Part shown: positions 37,535-49,132 of the stretch, in pieces
How positions within the stretch are numbered: the stretch's first letter is position 1
Layout: each line of letters starts with the position of its first letter
From: Octopus bimaculoides
Taxonomy: Eukaryota
NCBI RefSeq assembly: GCF_001194135.2
Contig: NC_069006.1
Location: forward strand, 17,711,313 to 17,775,312
DNA: 64,000 nucleotides
Direction of reading: 5' to 3'
Notes under the pieces: generated by a model
The model's input: the letters and a program-made list of their open reading frames with translations, nothing else
The model's database searches: none
What the model was told of the DNA's origin: nothing
Position numbers and translations under genes: made by a program

Positions 37535-37830
37535 CATCATCATTATCATTTAACATCCTCCTTCCATGCTGGCATGGGTTGGATAGTTTGACAGGAGCTG
37601 GCAAGTCGGAAGACTGCATCAAGCCCTACTGTCTTCTTTGGCATGGTTTCTATGGCTGAATGCCCTTCCTAATGCCAGTCACTTTACAGAGTTTACTGGA
37701 TGGTTTTTTTTGTTTTTTTTTCATGTGGCAGCAGTTAGGTCACCAAGTAACTTGCAAGACAAGACCCCCCCCCCTCCTCAGATGAGTCGGGGAGTAGTAT
37801 GGAGGGCGATGGCTTTGTACCAGGTGATGA
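37535..37830 (-). mobile_element. SINE family E
   Basis: catcatcattatcatttaacatcc...caccaagtaacttgcaagac. Confidence 0.8.
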
Positions 37831-38122
37831 GAAGTTAAAGTAGAAACAGAATGACAGAAATAGAATTGGCTGATAGTGTTTGTTCTGGAACAGTATTCTG
37901 TTTGCTTCGTGTTCACTGGTTATTTCTAGCAAAATAAATGATCAACACAGGGGTATTTGAGAGAGAGATATAAATGGAGTATTTAAAGATGTTTCAACTT
38001 TTCAGTTGTCTCTTCATAGGATTACAACATCTCTTTGTATAATGACTGGCAACTAGTTTTCTCTCTCAAGTAAGTGACACTCACCAATTTCAGATAACTG
38101 ATGTTTGTCACGTATATATAAA

Positions 38123-38480
38123 TATCTGTGTGTGTGTGTGTGTCATTTATGTATATGTGTGTGTGTGTATGTAATATATAACAAATGTTCATGTGTGTAA
38201 TATATGTATGTATATATATGTAATATACATATATATCTGTGTGTGTGTGTCATTTATGTATATGTGTGTGTGTGTATGTAATATATAACAAATGTTCACG
38301 TGTGTAATATATGTATGTATATATATGTAATATACATATATATCTGTGTGTGTGTGTCATTTATGTATATGTGTGTGTGTGTGTGTGTGTATGTAATATA
38401 TAACAAATGTTCACATGTGTAATATATGTATGTATATATATGTAATATTCATATATATCTGTGTGTGTGTGTGTGTGTGT
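38123..38480. repeat. About 108-bp tandem repeat built from microsatellite pieces, about 3.3 copies
   Basis: The unit atatctgtgtg..catttatgtatatgtg..gtaatatataacaaatgttca..gtaatatacat is repeated. Confidence 0.9.
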
Positions 38481-38484
38481 GTAT

Positions 38485-38700
38485 AAGGTGGCAAGCTGAC
38501 AGAATCATTAGTACTGTAGGCAAAATGCTTTGTGGTATTTCCTGTCTTTATGTTCTGAGTTCAAACTCCACTGAGGTCGACTTTGCCTTTCATCCTTTTG
38601 AGGGTTGATAAAATAAGCACCATTCGAACACTGGGACTGGTGTAATTGAGTTAACCCTCCTCTGAACTTGCTGGCCTTGTGCCAAAATTTGTGACCAATA
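38485..38700 (+). mobile_element. SINE family B
   Basis: aaggtggcaagctgacagaatcattag...gaggtcgactttgcctttcatcc. Confidence 0.9.
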
Positions 38701-39386
38701 TATATATTTATGTATAAGATATATCTATGCATATATGTAATATTCATGTGATATATGTGTGTGTGTGATATATAACAAATCTATATGTGGGCTTGTGTAT
38801 GTGTAACGTGTGTGTGTGTGTATAGTATATCCATAATGCATTTAAGATGTTCACATACACATGCATGTGTGCTCACGCATACAATGTTCATAGGTTTCTT
38901 TGGAATTTGTTGAATGACTAGATTGAAGAGGTGGAGTATTAAACTGGTGATTTAACAAGGCAATGAAGAAGGAGGAGAAGAAGAAGAAGAAATAGATAAA
39001 GAAAACAAAAAGAAACCTGGCCATGCTTCTACTTTTCCTCTCGGGTTTCAGGCTAATGGGTTGGGAATATCATATTTCTCTCGAAAATACATTTATTATC
39101 TTTCCGTGTAATATAGCTTTACTAAAGCAACTGGTGCAAATTGCACATGCTTGTAAAATAACATGTACACTATTCCTATAACATATTTCAATCACAGCTA
39201 TTATAACATCGACAAGAGAGTGGTGGTGGTGGTGTGTTTATTGTAGGGTAAGTCTGACTTCATCATGAAACCTAGCATGAAATTATAGAACTGTATGTAT
39301 GTATGTATGTGTGTGTGTGTATGCATATTATATATACGTGCGTGTGTGTTTGTGATATAATGTATGTACATATATACACTTACACA

Positions 39387-39433
<47 letters not shown>

Positions 39434-39867
39434 GTGTGTATATGAGTATATATGTGTATATATGAGTATATATGTGTATATATGTGCACACACATTTATG
39501 TGTATATACACACAATGTGTGTGTATGTATGTATGTGTAGGGGTATATATATATATATACACACACACACATATATACATGTATGTGTTCTTTGTATATG
39601 TATGTGTGTATTTATGTATATTATAGAAGTATGTTAACCGCTGCACAACTTATATTTATTTGATCTAACACTCCAGTTTCACCATGCTAATAATGTTCTA
39701 ATATAATGGGGATATTTTTACTTGTTTTTTTTTTTTGCTGGTTTACAACTGTACCCATACTGGGGCATGACCCTTGGTTTCTTTCTTGTCATTTATGGTG
39801 AGCTCCAACTCCCTGCACTTTGTCTGGTATTACTTGTTTGATTGAGTTCTGTTTAACTAATGGTTAA

Positions 39868-40735
39868 GTCTGATGGCCCTTAGCACAAAGTCTGCCGGCC
39901 TTGAGTACAAAGTCTGCCGGCCTTGAGTGCAAAGTCTGCCGGCCTCGAGTGCAAAGTCTGCCGGCCNNNNNNNNNNNNNNNNNNNNNNNNNNNNNNNNNN
40001 NNNNNNNNNNNNNNNNNNNNNNNNNNNNNNNNNNNNNNNNNNNNNNNNNNNNNNNNNNNNNNNNNNNNNNNNNNNNNNNNNNNNNNNNNNNNNNNNNNNN
40101 NNNNNNNNNNNNNNNNNNNNNNNNNNNNNNNNNNNNNNNNNNNNNNNNNNNNNNNNNNNNNNNNNNNNNNNNNNNNNNNNNNNNNNNNNNNNNNNNNNNN
40201 NNNNNNNNNNNNNNNNNNNNNNNNNNNNNNNNNNNNNNNNNNNNNNNNNNNNNNNNNNNNNNNNNNNNNNNNNNNNNNNNNNNNNNNNNNNNNNNNNNNN
40301 NNNNNNNNNNNNNNNNNNNNNNNNNNNNNNNNNNNNNNNNNNNNNNNNNNNNNNNNNNNNNNNNNNNNNNNNNNNNNNNNNNNNNNNNNNNNNNNNNNNN
40401 NNNNNNNNNNNNNNNNNNNNNNNNNNNNNNNNGTCTGCCAGCCCCGAGTGCAAAGTCTACCAGCCCCAAGTGCAAAGTCTGCCGGCCCTGAGCACAAAGT
40501 CTGCCAACTCCGAGCACAGAGTCTACCAGCCCTGAGCCCAAAGTTTGTTGGCTTCGAGTGCAATGCCTGCTGACTTTGAGAGTAAATTATACTGGACTTA
40601 TGTGTCAAGTCTAGTTTTTTTAGTGTGAAGTCTGATGGCCTTGAGTGCCAAATCATCTGGCTTTGAGTACAAAGTTTGTTGGCTTTGAGTGTAAGGTTGG
40701 CTGGCTTTGTAAATCCAGCTGACTTTGAGTGTAAA
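39868..40735. repeat. GC-rich 22-bp minisatellite (ccttgagtgcaaagtctgccgg)n spanning a gap
   Basis: Units present on both sides of the N gap 39967-40432; degenerates rightwards. Confidence 0.9.
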
Positions 40736-41379
40736 ATACCTGAGAAGAGTGTCTTACATGCATGTAGTAGGGTCTTACTTTGACAAAGTTTTGGTTAAGT
40801 TTTAATTTTTCTATTCCTTAGTCAAGGAGGAAAGGGCAGCACCCAAATTGTGTTTTGGTTTTTTATTTTCTAAGGGTCTTTAACATTGAAAGGAGGAAAT
40901 TATCCCCTGGCTGGAGACCTAACCCAAATGTTTGCAGCTGGGTGATCTCTGCTAAAGATACCCAATAGCCATGGAGCTAAGTAAGGGCTTAGATATAGCT
41001 ACCACTAAAAGAGTTGAAACCAATACCACAGGGTATTTGATTCATCATTCCATGTAAGACAATGACCCACACTCTGTTTTCTCTAATAGTTTCTTGGCCA
41101 CTCAGACAGGGGATAGGGGAAGGCATCATTGGTTTAGAATAAACATTGGCAATTCCCTACCTTTGACTACTGTTATATATTTTTATTGAGGCAAAGTGGG
41201 CTTTGCTGGGATTTAAAGACATTATTCAAACAGCTAGCTGGCTTAATTGTTAGCACTCTGGGCAAAAAGCTATGTGTATGTGTGGCGGGGGTACATGTGT
41301 CATCATTCTTGTCCTCATTTAGCATCCTTCTTCCATACTGGCACAAGTTAGCTGGTTCAGTAGGCTCCAGCAATCCAAA

Positions 41380-41550
41380 CAGTGAGTCAGCAGAATTGTT
41401 AGCATGCCAGGCAAAATGCTTAGCAGTATTTCATCCATCTTTATGTTCTGAGTTTAAGTTTTGCTGGGGTCGACTTCGCCTTTCATCCTTTCAGGATGGA
41501 TAAAACAAGTACCAGTCAAGCACTGGGGGTTGATACAATCGACTTAACTA
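41380..41550 (+). mobile_element. SINE family B
   Basis: cagaattgttagcatgccaggc...cgacttcgcctttcatcctt. Confidence 0.8.
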
Positions 41551-42787
41551 CTCTTGGGTACGAATATAAAAAACTGCACTCCTCTGCCAAGCCATGTTGA
41601 GCCAGTGTGGCAGAGTAGGCTCATCAAACCAGTATAATCTCAAGCCATTCTCTGATGCTGTGTACTCCGTGGACTGAATGGGGACAATCCAACCCAGTCT
41701 GATCCAATTCAAACACTTGGTATATTTAAACTTTTTGTAGGGGTGTTTGATTAAAGATTTTCAGCAGTCTAAATTATTCTACCATATTTGCATTTAGCAT
41801 GCAGAATGCTCCTTTGGGTGTTGCCCCTCCCTCTACATCTGTAGTTGACTGACTTTTTGTGTAAGATCAGGCAAACCTAATCTGCTAGTTTACATCGGTT
41901 TTCTCTGAATCTTTGTCAACCGATGTAAAGAAATCTCAATAGTGCCAATGCCAACAGCAATTTATGTTTAGTCTGCATTGACAGAGGAGATTGTGATTAG
42001 ATTTGATTACAATTCTTTACTGAAGACAACTATTGCTCTTTGCACGAGATTGTTAAACAGTATAATTATTTCTAAATTATCTGAGGCACTATTCTAAGTC
42101 CTCAACATATTGTAACTTTTATGTTCATTGAGACTATCATTTGGGGGGGGGGGATTCTTGCTTGATTTTGTTATGACTCCCTTTCTGTTTTCAAATTTAG
42201 GCAATTAAATTTTGGGGACTACTTTGAAGATTTCAGTTTTCAACTATGATAACTCTGTATGTATTTGTGTGTGTGTGAGATCATATTCGTCTATGTTTAG
42301 CATCTGTCTTCCATACCGGCATGAGTTAATGGTTCAACAGGATCCAGCAAGTCACAGGACTGCTTTGAGCTGCAATGCCTGCCTTGGCATAGATTCTATG
42401 GATGAATGCCCTTCTTAATGCCAACTTCTTTTGTGGGGATACTAGGTACTTACATGTGTGTGTATGACTGTGTGTTTGTAGGCACAGGTATGGCTGTGTG
42501 GTTAGGAAGCTTGCTTCTCAACCACCTCATTTTGGGTTCAGTCCCACTGTGTGACACCTTGGGCAAGTGTCTTCTGCTATAGCCTTGGGCTGACTGAAAG
42601 CCTTGTGACTAAATCTGGTAGGCGGAAGTTCCCATCATGCATATACATACATGTGAATGTGCTGGTGCCTCCTTTAACATGTATGTGTGTGTGTAATATG
42701 AGGCCTGTCCAGTTCATCTAAGCATAGAACATATTAATCACTGGTATTGATGATGATGGTGCATGCGAGTATATCTATGTATATATA

Positions 42788-43125
42788 CCAACCACATAGT
42801 TCTGGGTTCAGTCCCACTGCGTGGCACCTTGGGCAAGTGTCTTCTACTATAGCCTCGGGCCGACCAAAGCCTTGTGAGTGGATTTGGTAGATGGAAACTG
42901 AAAGAAGCCCATCGTATATATGTGTTTGTCCCCTCAACATCGCTTGACAACCGATGCTGGTGTGTTTACGTCCCCATAATTTAGCGGTTCGGCAAAAGAG
43001 ACCGATAGAATAAGTACTAGGCTTCCAAAGAATAAGTCCTGGGGTCGATTTGCTCGACTAAAGGCGGTGCTCCAGCATGGCCGCAGTCAAATGACTGAAA
43101 CAAGTAAAAGAGAAAAAGAGAAAGA
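42788..43125 (+). mobile_element. SINE family A, 5'-truncated, young
   Basis: Nearly identical to the 12110 and 55958 copies from accaaccacatagttctggg onward. Confidence 0.95.
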
Positions 43126-44565
43126 GAATCAATTCTATTTGTACACTGTCATTATTTCAAAGGGTACCAAAACACTTGAGAAGGTTCTGATAGAAACATT
43201 TTAGTTTTCACTCTCTTGAAAACGGTATTTTTTTTTTCTATCACATCATTTATAACATTCTGTGTATTTTTGAACAACTTCAAAGAGCTTCTAATAATTC
43301 TTGCACTCTCTACTTCATGATGACATATTGTTTTCTCATGCTCTCTCATCTTTTGCAAATTTGGTATTGCAATCTTAATCTAATTCAAACTAAATTTAAT
43401 TAACACTAGTTTAGATTGACCTTTCGTTAAATGAATGACGAAAGCCAACTCTCTGTTTTCTGTGCACCTTTGCTAAAATTGTCAGCTTTTATGTATTCTG
43501 CAATATTTCCCAGTTGAGAGAGTTGATTTTTTTTTCCTTTTTTTTTCAAAAAATAAGTAAAAAATTATGGGGTTTTTTTTTATTTTGCTGGACATGAAAG
43601 AAATTTTTTTTCTTTTTTTACAAGGTGGATTAGTTGATGAAATAGGTTTGAATTTTTCGCTTTTCTCTTGAAGGTCATTCACAAGTGTAGATTTGATAAT
43701 TATCTATCAACCGTTGGCTCACTGCCAACAGTAATGTATATTTATTTGAAGATTTCCACTTCAGATGTGTGTGTGTGTGTGTGCACGTGGTGGTGGTGGC
43801 TGTGGTACTGGCAGCAATAGTGGCGTCGTAGTCTGTGGTGGTAGTGGTGGGGGTGTTTCTTTGGCTTCCAAGAAGAAGAAATCCGCTGTTTTGTTGTCTG
43901 CTTTTATTCACTTAGTGCCAGTTGCATAGCAAGATCTCTCTCTCTCTCTCTCTCTCCACCCCACTCCACCAAAGTCTGACTTTATTAAGTACTGTTTGAG
44001 TGTCACTACACACAGACTTCCATTTTTTATTTCCTACTCCACCCCGTTGCCCACAAATATTGTTCCATTTATTTGTTCGTTAATTTATATTAATTGTTTC
44101 TCTTCTTTTATCTCCTCATCTCCCTTCTCTCTATCTCCTGCACAAAAAGAAAAAAAAACAAAACAAAACAAAAACTACAGGGTTTGTAAACTCAGTGTTT
44201 ATCAGCTTTTATCTTAAAACTCTTATTTCATGTATACTCTGGCAAAGTTGTGATGTACTACCTCTACTGTTACTATCACAATCAGGTTTCTATCACTGAT
44301 AAAACAAAACACTGTCAATGTGTGTGTGTGTGTGTGTATGTGTGTGTGCCTCCCCCCCCCCCCNNNNNNNNNNNNNNNNNNNNNNNNNNNNNNCCCCCCC
44401 CAATTCCATCTTTTCTCTTGTATGGCAAAGAACCAGCCTCTACATATTGAGCACTCAATCTGCTAGAAATAACAACCAGAGCCAGTTCACCCTTGGATGA
44501 GATGACTGCCTTGGATCTCTATCTCTCTCTCTCTCTCCCTCTCTCCCTCTCTCTCTCTCTCTCTC

Positions 44566-44597
<32 letters not shown>

Positions 44598-45029
44598 ACT
44601 CTTTGATTGCATTCAATCTTTTCTCTTGTATGAAGCATTCACTTTGGTAGTCACCCTCAAATGAAATGTGTGACTACCTTGGAAGAGCTAACACACACAC
44701 AGTGGACAATGTAAAAAGTCCAACATACCTCTAAAACTGTGATGTGTTCTGTGAGAACAAATGCCTTAGATTATGGGCTCAGTCAGAACCATCTCACCAC
44801 CTCTTCATCATCATGGTTGTCATCTTGTATGATAGAAATAAACTGTTTTTATATCTTCCACTCAGTGACCCAAGCAATGAACCAACCAGCCCCCAGTACT
44901 CTTCCTTATTTTGTGACATCTACCAACAGACAGTAGTCAAAGTTTCTGTCAGGGATGGGGTATACGTGCATGTGATGAGGTGGGGAGGATACATTTATGG
45001 TAAACACTTGTGTACTGAGGGTGGTGTTG

Positions 45030-45430
45030 CACTCCCATCTTTGAATGCAGGAGTTGATTGATGTCTCGTCAGGTGGTGAAGCAGCTCTGTAAGTGTTTTG
45101 GTCCTTTCCACTGCAGCACCAGAACTGCCAGGGGGTTGCTCACCTGTGTAAGCAACAAAACTCCCACACAACAGCATCATCCTCAGTCTTTGTTCTTACA
45201 GCACCACTCATCCTGTCTCTCAAGCAAAGTGTAATGGCTTGCTTTCTCGGTGGCTTCCAACAATTTTCTGGCAACATCTTTTGTCTCCTTCACACCTTGT
45301 CCAAGACTCCCAAGCTTAGTGTGAACCTTGGTTTCAATAAATTCTCTCACACCTATGTCTTCAGAATTCCGCAAGGGCGTGGTCTGATTTTTTAGAGGCA
45401 AAAGGTGTGGGTATATTGATTCCAGTTTAA
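45030..45430 (-). mobile_element. HERO-like non-LTR 3' remnant (second copy)
   Basis: ORF 45183-45548 contains IGVREFIETKVHTKLGSLGQGVKETKDVARKLLEATEKASHYTLLERQDEW; its 3' UTR gctgttgtgtgggagtttt is shared with the 2940 copy. Confidence 0.7.
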
Positions 45431-45454
45431 TCATTGACTTATAGTGTCTGAAGT

Positions 45455-45568
45455 TGCATGGCTCAGTGGTTAGAGCGTCAAGCTCACAATCATGAGGTTG
45501 TGAGTTCAATTCCCAGAGTGAGTTGTGTTGTGTTCTTGAGCAAGACACTTTGTTTTATGTTGCTCCAG
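45455..45568 (+). mobile_element. SINE family C head
   Basis: tggctcagtggttagagcg..gagttcaattccc..ttcttgagcaagacactt as at 53250. Confidence 0.85.
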
Positions 45569-45875
45569 GACTTATTCTTTGTAAGCTTAGTACTTATTCT
45601 ATTGGTCTCTTTTGTTGAACCGCTAAGTTACAGGGACGTAAACACACCAGCATCGGTTGTCAAGTGATGTTGGTGGGAGCAAACAAACATATACACACAC
45701 ATATACATACATATACATATATACGATAGGCTTCTTTCAGTTTCCGTCTACCAAATCCACTCACAAGGCTTTGGTCGGCCCAAGGCTATAGTAGAAGACA
45801 CTTGCCCAAGGTGCCACGCAGTGGGACTGAACCTGGAACCATGTGGTTGGTAAGCAAGCTACTTAACACATAGCT
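45569..45875 (-). mobile_element. SINE family A lacking its 3' tail
   Basis: Homology runs from acttattctttgtaagc to aagctacttaacacatagc. Confidence 0.9.
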
Positions 45876-46597
45876 GTATTTTTTTCTTCTTTTTTTTTTA
45901 AGTAGAACAGTGTTAGGGATGGATAATACACTGGATTTAAAAAAGACAAGGTAGTCATATTTGGAATGTCATTCATTATTAGGTCTGATGCTGTATCAGG
46001 CCTGACCTGAGACCAGAGGAACATCTCAGTATTATCAAATTTTAACTCTTAAACCAGAACGAAAAGCTACCAAAATGTATGAACTCCTTGGCCTAGCTTT
46101 AAACTACTCCATATGGTTTTCTTTATGGTCTTTCTCGCTTTTCTTCTTTTCATCTTTCTTCACTTCCTTTTCTTTTCTTTCTTTTTNNNNNNNNNNNNNN
46201 NNNNNNNNNNNNNTTCTCCTACATTCTCTCTTGCCACCCACCCACCCACTTTCTCCCAACCTCTGATATTTTTTTGTTCAATTTATTTTCATTCCGTTGT
46301 ATATGTTTTTCCTTGAGGAACTTGCTATGATTATCCCTAAATTGATCCACTCAATGTTGAACAGACACCCCCTCCATTCTCTCATCCATTGGCATCACCA
46401 CCTCATTATTCTAAAAGGAGTGAAGAACAAATCAGAAGGGGAAGAAAGAGTGGGGGAGTTGCCAGTTTTTAAACCTATCTATTTATTTCTGTAATGGATA
46501 CGCTTACCTACCTACCTACCTACCTACATACGTACATACCTGTGTGTGCGTGTGTGTGTGTGAGAGAGAGAAAGAGAGAGAGCCTCATTGCAGTGTA

Positions 46598-46641
<44 letters not shown>

Positions 46642-46743
46642 AATGCATACATACACTGCAGCTAGATTCTTGGCTGATCAATATGCGATGCTGTTGTAAC
46701 ACCCCACCTGCCCTTCTCTCTCTCTCTTTCTCTCCTTTCACAG

Positions 46744-46795
46744 GAGGGATTGAACTGTTCAAATATAAAGTGCTGTTTTACACACAGAAACTTAG
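46744..46795 (+). other. Candidate 52-bp exon
   Basis: Acceptor ctctttctctcctttcacAG and donor TAG|GTATCT. The pyrimidine tract is partly a CT microsatellite; product not recognised. Confidence 0.3.
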
Positions 46796-47064
46796 GTATC
46801 TGATAATTTATATTGTTTTTTTTTGTTTTTTGTTTTTTTTTTTTGCTTTGTGTTTTTTAAAAGGGGAAATTTTGACAGCTCAAAGTATACAGAAACTCAT
46901 ACTCGCACACATTTTATTTTTGCTTTTACTCTGTTTATTATGTTAAGGAAATTCACACCCTCCCTTAATCTCCAAAAGTTGGGGGTCAGTTATCAAGTTT
47001 AAGGTATTTGTAGTCACTATAACTGTTAAATCGACTGTTACAGCTGTTTATTTATCTTGTCCAT

Positions 47065-47250
47065 CATCACCATCATTTAATGTCCCTTTTCCATGCTGGC
47101 ATGAGGTGGACGGTTTGACAGGAACTAGGAGCTGCATCACGTTTCATAGTCTATTTTGGCTTAGGTTTCTACAGCTGGATGCTCTTCTTAATGCCAGCCA
47201 CTCTACATGACACCATTAGGTGTGCTTTTTACATGGCACCAGCACCCACA
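47065..47250 (-). mobile_element. SINE family E
   Basis: catcatttaatgtccctttccatgctggcatg...acagctggatgctcttc. Confidence 0.8.
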
Positions 47251-47279
47251 CCCACACACGTGTGTGTATCTGTATCTGT

Positions 47280-47830
47280 TATCTTTTACTCGTTTCAGTC
47301 ATTTGGACTGTGGCCATGCTAGGATTCCACTTTGAAGGGTTTAATTCAGAGGGTCCCCAAACTTTTTAGACCATTGAATCCTTCATGGAATCCTTCACTC
47401 CTCATCGACCCCCAGGCATGTACAAGAAAATAAATAAATTAATAATAATTGGATAGTCCCTTCCCCCCCCCATTGGTCGATATCGATTACTTTGGAGACC
47501 CCTGGTTTAGTTGAATAAATCAATCGCAGTACTTATTTTCTTTTTTCAAGCCTGGTTTTTATTTTATTGGTCTCTTTTGCCTGAGTGCTAAGTTACAGGG
47601 ACGTAAACAAACCAACGATTCTAGTTGTCAAGTGGTGGTGGACAAACATGCACAAAAACACACTCATAGACACACACACACACATATACACACATGATGG
47701 CTTCTTTCAGTTTCCACCTACCAAATACACTCACAGGGCTTTGGTTAGCCCAGGGCTACAGAAGACACTTGCCCAAGATACCATGCAGTGGAACTGAACT
47801 GAGAACCACATAGTTGGGAAGCAACCTTTT
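47280..47830 (-). mobile_element. SINE family A interrupted by a hAT MITE
   Basis: A homology resumes after 47512. Confidence 0.85.
47347..47504. mobile_element. hAT-Charlie-type MITE with 8-bp TSD
   Basis: TIRs cagagggtccccaaacttt / actttggagacccctg; TSD gtttaatt (47339-47346) and gtttagtt (47505-47512). Confidence 0.85.
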
Positions 47831-48884
47831 TTTATTGACTCTGAAACAATGGAAAGGAACGTACTGCCTTGGCAGAATTTGAACTCGGAGCATGGTGAGT
47901 TGGAATGAATGCTGTGAGGTGTTGTATCTAACACTCTAATGGTTCTACTACTTCGCTCCCTTCGCTGTAAACATTGTTGTATATGTTAGTAGTGAATAGT
48001 GTTGACCTGGGTATGGAAGGAAGCATCATGGTTTCTGTAGGAGAAACACCAGAGTTTGGTCGACAGTTACATTAATTTTATTGCCTCCTTGGGGAGCATG
48101 AAAGGTAAAATTGTTCTCAGCAATAATTAGAACTCAGAAGTAAAACACTGCTGCTGGTGCTGCTGTTGCTGCAAGGAATTGAATTCACTGCTGTTCCTGT
48201 TTCTGCCAGTCACTGCTCTCTTTAATGATGATGATAATTATAATGAGAGAACACATTATAAATTAGACTGGATGTAAAAATGATGGAATTCTGTTTTGTA
48301 TTCATTAATCAAATAAAGATCAAATTGATTTTTTTTATCAAACTTAATTTTCTGACATTTACTATTTAATTTTCATTAAATAACAAAATAATAATAATAA
48401 TAAAATTTTCTCCTCTCCTTATCTGTTAAGTATGTGTGTGTTTTTTGTATGGTTGTCAATGTATGTATATATGTGTATGATCTCTGCATGTGCCTGTATA
48501 TATATATATATGTAAGAATGTCTCTATGTATGTATGTGTATGCAAAGGTGTCCGTGTATTTGCATGTGTATGTATGTGTGTCAATTTATGTGTGTATGCA
48601 TGTGTATCTTTGTATGTATTCCCTTATAATCTATCTGTATGTGTGTTTGCATGTATGTACATGTGCATCTTAGTACATATGTCCTTGTGTGTGTCTGCAT
48701 GTATGTACAATGTGTACGTGTGCATACCTGCTTGTATATATGTGTGTGTGTATGGGTACACTTATGGGTATGTATGTGTTTGTGCATGTGTGTGATGCTG
48801 GATGGTGAAGTACCAGAGGTGGTGGTGGAGGTGATGGTTGTTGAAAATGTTCAGCTTTAAACTGAACTAATAACTTTTTCTCTT

Positions 48885-48926
<42 letters not shown>

Positions 48927-49098
48927 ATAATAACATTATATGAAAAATTATTATTTTCGTATTTTTTAATATTATTTTCCTTTTCTCTTTTTCTGTCTTT
49001 CTTCGTTAGATATTGGCATCTTTCTAATTTAGAAATATGTCTTACTACAAATGTCTGTTACATCTCATTAGGTGCAGACACTCTCTCTCTCTCTCTCC

Positions 49099-49132
<34 letters not shown>

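Noticed and set aside
15078-40735. The two 22-bp arrays as CRISPR-like or coding repeats
   Set aside because: Units are contiguous with no unique spacers, there are no cas genes, and the context is eukaryotic. The long ORFs at 39857-40656 are mostly N.
43152-43358. 68-aa ORF as a transposase fragment
   Set aside because: No diagnostic motif that I can support.
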